Assembly (NCBI RefSeq): GCF_006345805.1
Contig: NC_043010.1
Coordinates: 52,204,001-52,268,000, forward strand
Direction: 5' to 3'
DNA length: 64,000 nucleotides
From: Octopus sinensis
Lineage: Eukaryota
A program made the translations under genes and the position numbers. Positions within the stretch are counted from its first letter, which is position 1, and each line of letters opens with the position of its first letter. The notes below the pieces were generated by a model that did not search any database, was not told the DNA's origin, and saw only the letters and a list, made by a program, of their open reading frames with translations. Positions 59,465 through 64,000 of the stretch are shown here, one piece after another.

Positions 59465-60603
59465 AGAAAAAAGGTATCACAAGAAGTGTCTCTTTATTTT
59501 TGAGGTGATTATTGTGTGTGTGTGTGCGTGTGTGTGTGTTGAAGGACTTGCCATCTGTTGCTAGTTTTCAGATCAGGTTCATTCCCTGAGGATTACTTCT
59601 TCCTTTCCTCTCTCATCAGTCTCAAGGGGCCCCGTTATGGGCACCGTCCTTTGTCTTCTCACCAAAACATTTCAAAAGAAAAAATTTAAAACTAGTTGCA
59701 GCTGTTGATGTTGTTGTTGTTGTTGTTTGGCTCCTGGTCAACTCTGATTGAGCAGATCCTATGATGAAAGGCATTCTAGCCATGATTACCTCACCATTCA
59801 CCTATGGGCAAACAACCCAGTGTTACATTTGTACATGTCATTTCTAAGATGGCAGGATTAAGAACGAAATTTAAGGGAGATTTGATTGCTATTTCCAGCA
59901 TGGTAAATGGCCATGTAAAATTTTGAAGTTCTACATGGTCTTTCTACATATATATATATATATATATAAATTAATGTTTGTTTTCTTGTTCACTTATAAT
60001 AAAAACAATTTTACATTAATCTTATGGGTTACTCTATACTTTTGCAGAGCACAAATTTATTATTCTTATATAATAATGTTGTTGGCAGTGACTTCTAAGT
60101 TTCAACCAGCTTCGCCAACAATGGCTTAGCTGGCTAAAGCTTCGAAGTTACTGTCAAAAATATTCTGATATAAGAATAATATATTGGCCCAAGCATAGCT
60201 GTGTGGTTAAGGTTCTAGCTGGTCAGCCAGACTTCGTTCTCATTGAGTCGTCACCATGTGACTGAACTCATTGATTCGTCACCAACTGATTTTTGCTTGG
60301 GGTGCTTCTTGCTTTTATAGCTATCCAGAAGGATAGATATATCATTGAGAACAATAGATTTAGTTGGTGGTCTTGTTATCTCTATTCTAGCTTTTGGTGA
60401 AGTAGAAGAGGTTAGAAAGGGTCAAGTGGTGAAGACATTATTTCGGCCTAGCTAAAGGCATCTGGAAAAATGTAAAATTGCTGTCAGAGAAAAACCATTG
60501 TCCCACCGTGGAAAAAGTTCTGTTGCAGTGTTAATTTAAATTTGGCTATGGTGGATCGAATCCACTTCATGCATGCAAGATCCACTACAAGCTCATAGAA
60601 AAA

Positions 60604-62030
60604 TTGAGATTGATGGTGAAAATGGCACTTGCCATAAACAAAATGTTACTAGACAAGCTGTTTATAGACAACTGGAGATGCCTGACGGACAACAGGCTCG
60701 CTTTCAATAGAATGCTGCCAAACAGGATGCATATTGATACTGTGAAACCCCAGAACAGTGCCATGCCAGGCCAGGCAGAAATCTCAAGCTCAAAGAGTAA
60801 GACAGAGAGGCTTGATGACGACCATACACACATGAGCTGTAGAAAAGAGGCACTTCCAATTATGACCCATGACATGGGTCATGCTTCTGTAAAAATTGTT
60901 TCTATTTTTCCATGTCCAAAATATGTGATGCGTTAGTCTAAGAAATTGAAGCAAGGGACTTATGCAATGTGCTGTTCAAATGGAAAAGTTAATCTACCAG
61001 TTCTTGTTGATCCACCAGAGCATTCAAAATAGCTGCTTAGCATTTTTTGATCCACCATTTGGTCCACCAGAGCATTCAAAATAGCCTCTTACTGCTCCCA
61101 TTTAGCATTTTTTTGAAAGAACAGAAAATATAACAATTGCAGCGTGGAAGGTGTTTTATAAGCCATTTAAGAAACACACAAAAACAGTTAGATTTACTTC
61201 AATATTTAAATTTAATTTGCCGAAATATTTTCGTCGCTTTGAGATCGCGACTTGTTCACTGACAAAATTCTCTGCTCAAATGACTTACTTTGGAGCCAAC
61301 GTCACCAGAGAAGGGGAATTTATGCCAACGTTTAAAGTAAAAGGGCTAACCTACAACAAGATTGGCCATCCTCAATGAAAGGTTTCAGTTTCTGCTCTTG
61401 TACTTTCTCTTTTACTCTTTTACTTGTTTCAGTCATTTAACTGTGGCCATGCTGGAGTACTGCCTTTAGTCGATCGAGCAAATCAACCCTAGGACTTATT
61501 CTTTGTAAGCCTAGTACTTATTCTATCAGTCTCTTTTGCTGAACCGGTTAATGGGGATGTAAACACACCAGCATCGGTTGTCAAGCGATGTTGGGGAGAC
61601 AACACAGTCACACAAACATATACACACACACATATTTATATGTACATCCGTCCACCAAATCCACTCACAAGGCTTTGGTCGGCTCGAGGCTATAGTATAA
61701 GACACTTGCCCAAGGTCCCACGTAGCGGGAATGAACCTGGAACCATGTGGTTGGCAAGCAAGCTACTTACCACCCAGCCACTCCTGCGCCTTCAAGTTAT
61801 TAACTTTGCTGATAACTTGAAGAGACAAGTTTATAATAGAAACAACATCTCCCCAGATGCAAGCTAGAAGATATATTCCATACAAAGTACAGTTTTAAAT
61901 ATGCTTTGGTGTGTGTACCTACTTCGGAAATTAAAATATTTTATTGACGAACAGTAGAGGCCATCTGGAGAGTATACACATCGTTTCAACGCACCAGAAT
62001 GCAATGTGGTTACTTTCGTTACTAACCATT
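60604..62030 (+). pseudogene. Decayed Helitron Rep/helicase N-terminal coding remnant, interrupted by about 125 bp of unknown sequence (61141-61270) and a SINE B
   Basis: Collinear Helitron motifs: CPK/CDAL, MCCSNGKVNLPVLVDPPE (60967-61020), RKYNNC, QMTYFGANVTREGEFMPTFKVKGLTYNKIG (about 61278-61367), FQFLLLY, and RPSGEYTHRFNAPECN (61958-62005). Stops and frameshifts are present. Confidence 0.88.
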
Positions 62031-62462
62031 CTGAAGTGCACATTATATATAATGGATGGATGTATGTATACGAGGCCATGCACGACGGGCTCCACAGCTT
62101 CTGTCGATTAAATTTACTTCCAAGGATCGAGTCGGCCTGATTCTAATAGATGACGCTTGCTAAAGGCACTGCACATTGAGGACTGCACCTGAAACCGTCT
62201 GGTTGAGAATACTCTTTATATAAAGATTAGAAATGGGAAAAAAACTCCTACGTCTTGCTTGAACACCTGATGTAAGCCATCACGAAAATCAAAACAAGGG
62301 AGGCCACTCTTATTTTTTATTTGAAAGAGTAATAGTAATGATTAATTCCCTTGCCGAAATGTACCGCGCAAAAAGAAAAAGATAACAAAAACAAATACCA
62401 CTAAGTTATGCAAGGGAGACAATTAGTATTATTGTTATGTGAACCTCCTCTTGGAATAGGAA

Positions 62463-62669
62463 GACGCAGGCTGGAAAGCGGAGCATTTTCCAATCGAAGT
62501 TGGATGTAGAGGGTTTATTGGACACAGTGTGAGACGACTGTTGTTATCGTTAGGCCTAACACATCGTAAAGTCAATACTACTATGACCGATATCCAAACA
62601 ACAGTGGAAAAGGCTAGCCACTGGATTTGGTTAAAAAGAGACGATGAGCGATGGCCAGAAGAGTATTGA
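62463..62669 (+). mobile_element. C-terminal restriction-like endonuclease (RLE) fragment of a non-LTR retrotransposon, HERO/NeSL-like, followed by its 3' UTR (to about 63330, split by the MITE)
   Basis: 68 open codons: DAGWKAEHFPIEVGCRGFIGHSVRRLLLSLGL...VEKASHWIWLKRDDERW*. The GW...P.EVG.RGF and AS.WIW..R motifs are typical of RLE LINE ends. Confidence 0.82.
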
Positions 62670-62710
62670 ACTGTATTTAATAACCAGTTGATCTAGCAAA
62701 CGGGGCTTCA

Positions 62711-63151
62711 GGATCTTTTCGGTTTGACCGGCAGTTTTTTAAAATAATTTCCACGTAACTAAACACTTTTAAACCTCGTATACTGGTAGAATGTGTTTAT
62801 AAAACATCTTTTTCTCTTGGTTTTATTGAGAAAATTCTATAGTTTGTAAGATATTTGTTATTTTTTCTTCTTCAATTTCTGCAATTTCAACCAATCAATG
62901 ACGTCTATTTGAGGTGAAAACATTCTGTGCCGTATGAATATGTCCCTCGTTTAAGAAACAAATTGGGTTTATTTACATTTCTGAAGAAAAAAAAGATATC
63001 CTTCCCCCCACCCCCACCCCCACCCCACCCCTAACCCTAACTAACCCTAAAACAGATTGAAATGCAATCGATCAATACTAGGGTCATAATTATGGATGAC
63101 AATTTCATATGACACCGCTAGAAAAAACTGCCGTTCAAACCGAAAAGATCC
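62711..63151. mobile_element. MITE, 441 bp, with 30-bp TIR and 8-bp TSD; superfamily unassigned
   Basis: TIR GGATCTTTTCGGTTTGA(C/A)CGGCAGTTTTTT (29/30 match); flanks GGGCTTCA / GGGCCTCA. Confidence 0.85.
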
Positions 63152-63542
63152 GGGCCTCATATTAGTGAGGTGTGCATTGATGCCGTCAAGAGGTAGGCCC
63201 CGAAACGGCGTGTATTCACTCCTGATGACCCCATACATTTGCTGGCTTCCGGTATGCGGGGTTCTCGACTGGTAGCACTTGCATGTGCAAGTTCTTCGCA
63301 AAGCATCTAACATTGTTTACCGAATCCTTTTGTACTTAACTCCGATTTCCCCCATTTTAAGCGGTTGCAACGTTATCAGCATTATAAATGGATTGTTCTG
63401 GAACTGAATATATTAAAGGTTAGCAAAGCAGATACATGTATGGCCAGCGAGGAATTTGGAAATGTTAGTAGAAAATCATAGGACAACATGATAATGTTAT
63501 AAAAAAATGTGTCCAGTTTACTCAAATATTTATTTTCGAAAG

Positions 63543-63748
63543 CAGTAATTTCTCGACTATCGCGGGTGTTACGTTCCAAAACCTCCCACAAGAATAATTC
63601 AAATCTAAAAAAATATAAATACCATTCGGCCTCAGAAACCCGTAATATACTGAGAATTCCGCGATATAAATTTATATATATTAGCCAGAAAATTCCACGA
63701 TGTACTGAATGCGCGATAGGTGAACCGCGATATAGCGAGGGATTGATG
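63543..63748. mobile_element. Degenerate Tigger/pogo-like MITE
   Basis: Ends CAGTAATTTCTCGACTATCGCGG ... CCGCGATATAGCGAGGGATTGATG form an imperfect inverted repeat. Confidence 0.6.
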
Positions 63749-64000
63749 TCTATAAAAAAAAAACAAAAACAGGACATGAAATATAAATAAAAACAACAGT
63801 AAAAATATTTAAAATGTAAATAAATAAATTGATTTAAAATAAATTTAAAATATAAATAAAAACAATCTAAATAAGAACAACAATAAAAAATAGGTTGATT
63901 GTTATGTCTGGCCTGAAAGCAACCTTTGGCCATTTGAGTTGAAGAGTCACCCATACGACTAAGCGCTTTATAGATGCGAAACCAAATCAATGGTCACTCT

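Noticed and set aside
45000-60000. A second protein-coding gene downstream of L3MBTL
   Set aside because: No ORF or splice-flanked segment with a recognisable domain was found. Small exons of a long-intron gene cannot be excluded by eye.
63182-63228. Canonical hammerhead ribozyme
   Set aside because: The core segments are in non-permutable order and stems I and II cannot form. Kept only as a low-score structural lead.
63382-63990. 202-aa minus-strand ORF, the longest apparently non-microsatellite ORF in the track
   Set aside because: AT-rich, Phe/Tyr/Ile-biased, with no recognisable motif, and it overlaps a Tigger-like MITE and A-tracts.

Overview
This is AT-rich, microsatellite- and SINE-dense animal genomic DNA. 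The repeat families look like octopus/coleoid cephalopod ones (recalled, not searched). Positions 1119-40584 (+) hold one 5'-incomplete multi-exon gene of the l(3)mbt/L3MBTL family. I assembled 15 GT-AG exons by hand; all phases are compatible, giving 2318 nt of CDS in the window. The product runs Cys-rich stub, 3 MBT repeats, 2 CCHHC zinc fingers, linker, SAM domain, stop. Several exons are absent from the ORF track. The rest of the window is non-coding or transposon-derived: tRNA-derived SINEs with swapped modules, piggyBac-, hAT- and Tc/pogo-type MITEs, a mariner remnant, a decayed Helitron Rep, a HERO-like RLE LINE end, and minisatellites. No prokaryotic system or CRISPR array is present. 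Best leads: (1) a 26 x 25-bp array of RFX X-box-like sites about 2.4 kb past the stop codon; (2) an inverted MITE pair bracketing exactly one in-frame MBT unit; (3) a SINE head-body-body junction that recurs at two loci; (4) a MITE that copied 121 bp of the gene's own intron; (5) a perfect telomere-repeat hairpin with a GAA loop. All alignments were done by eye and no database searches were run.
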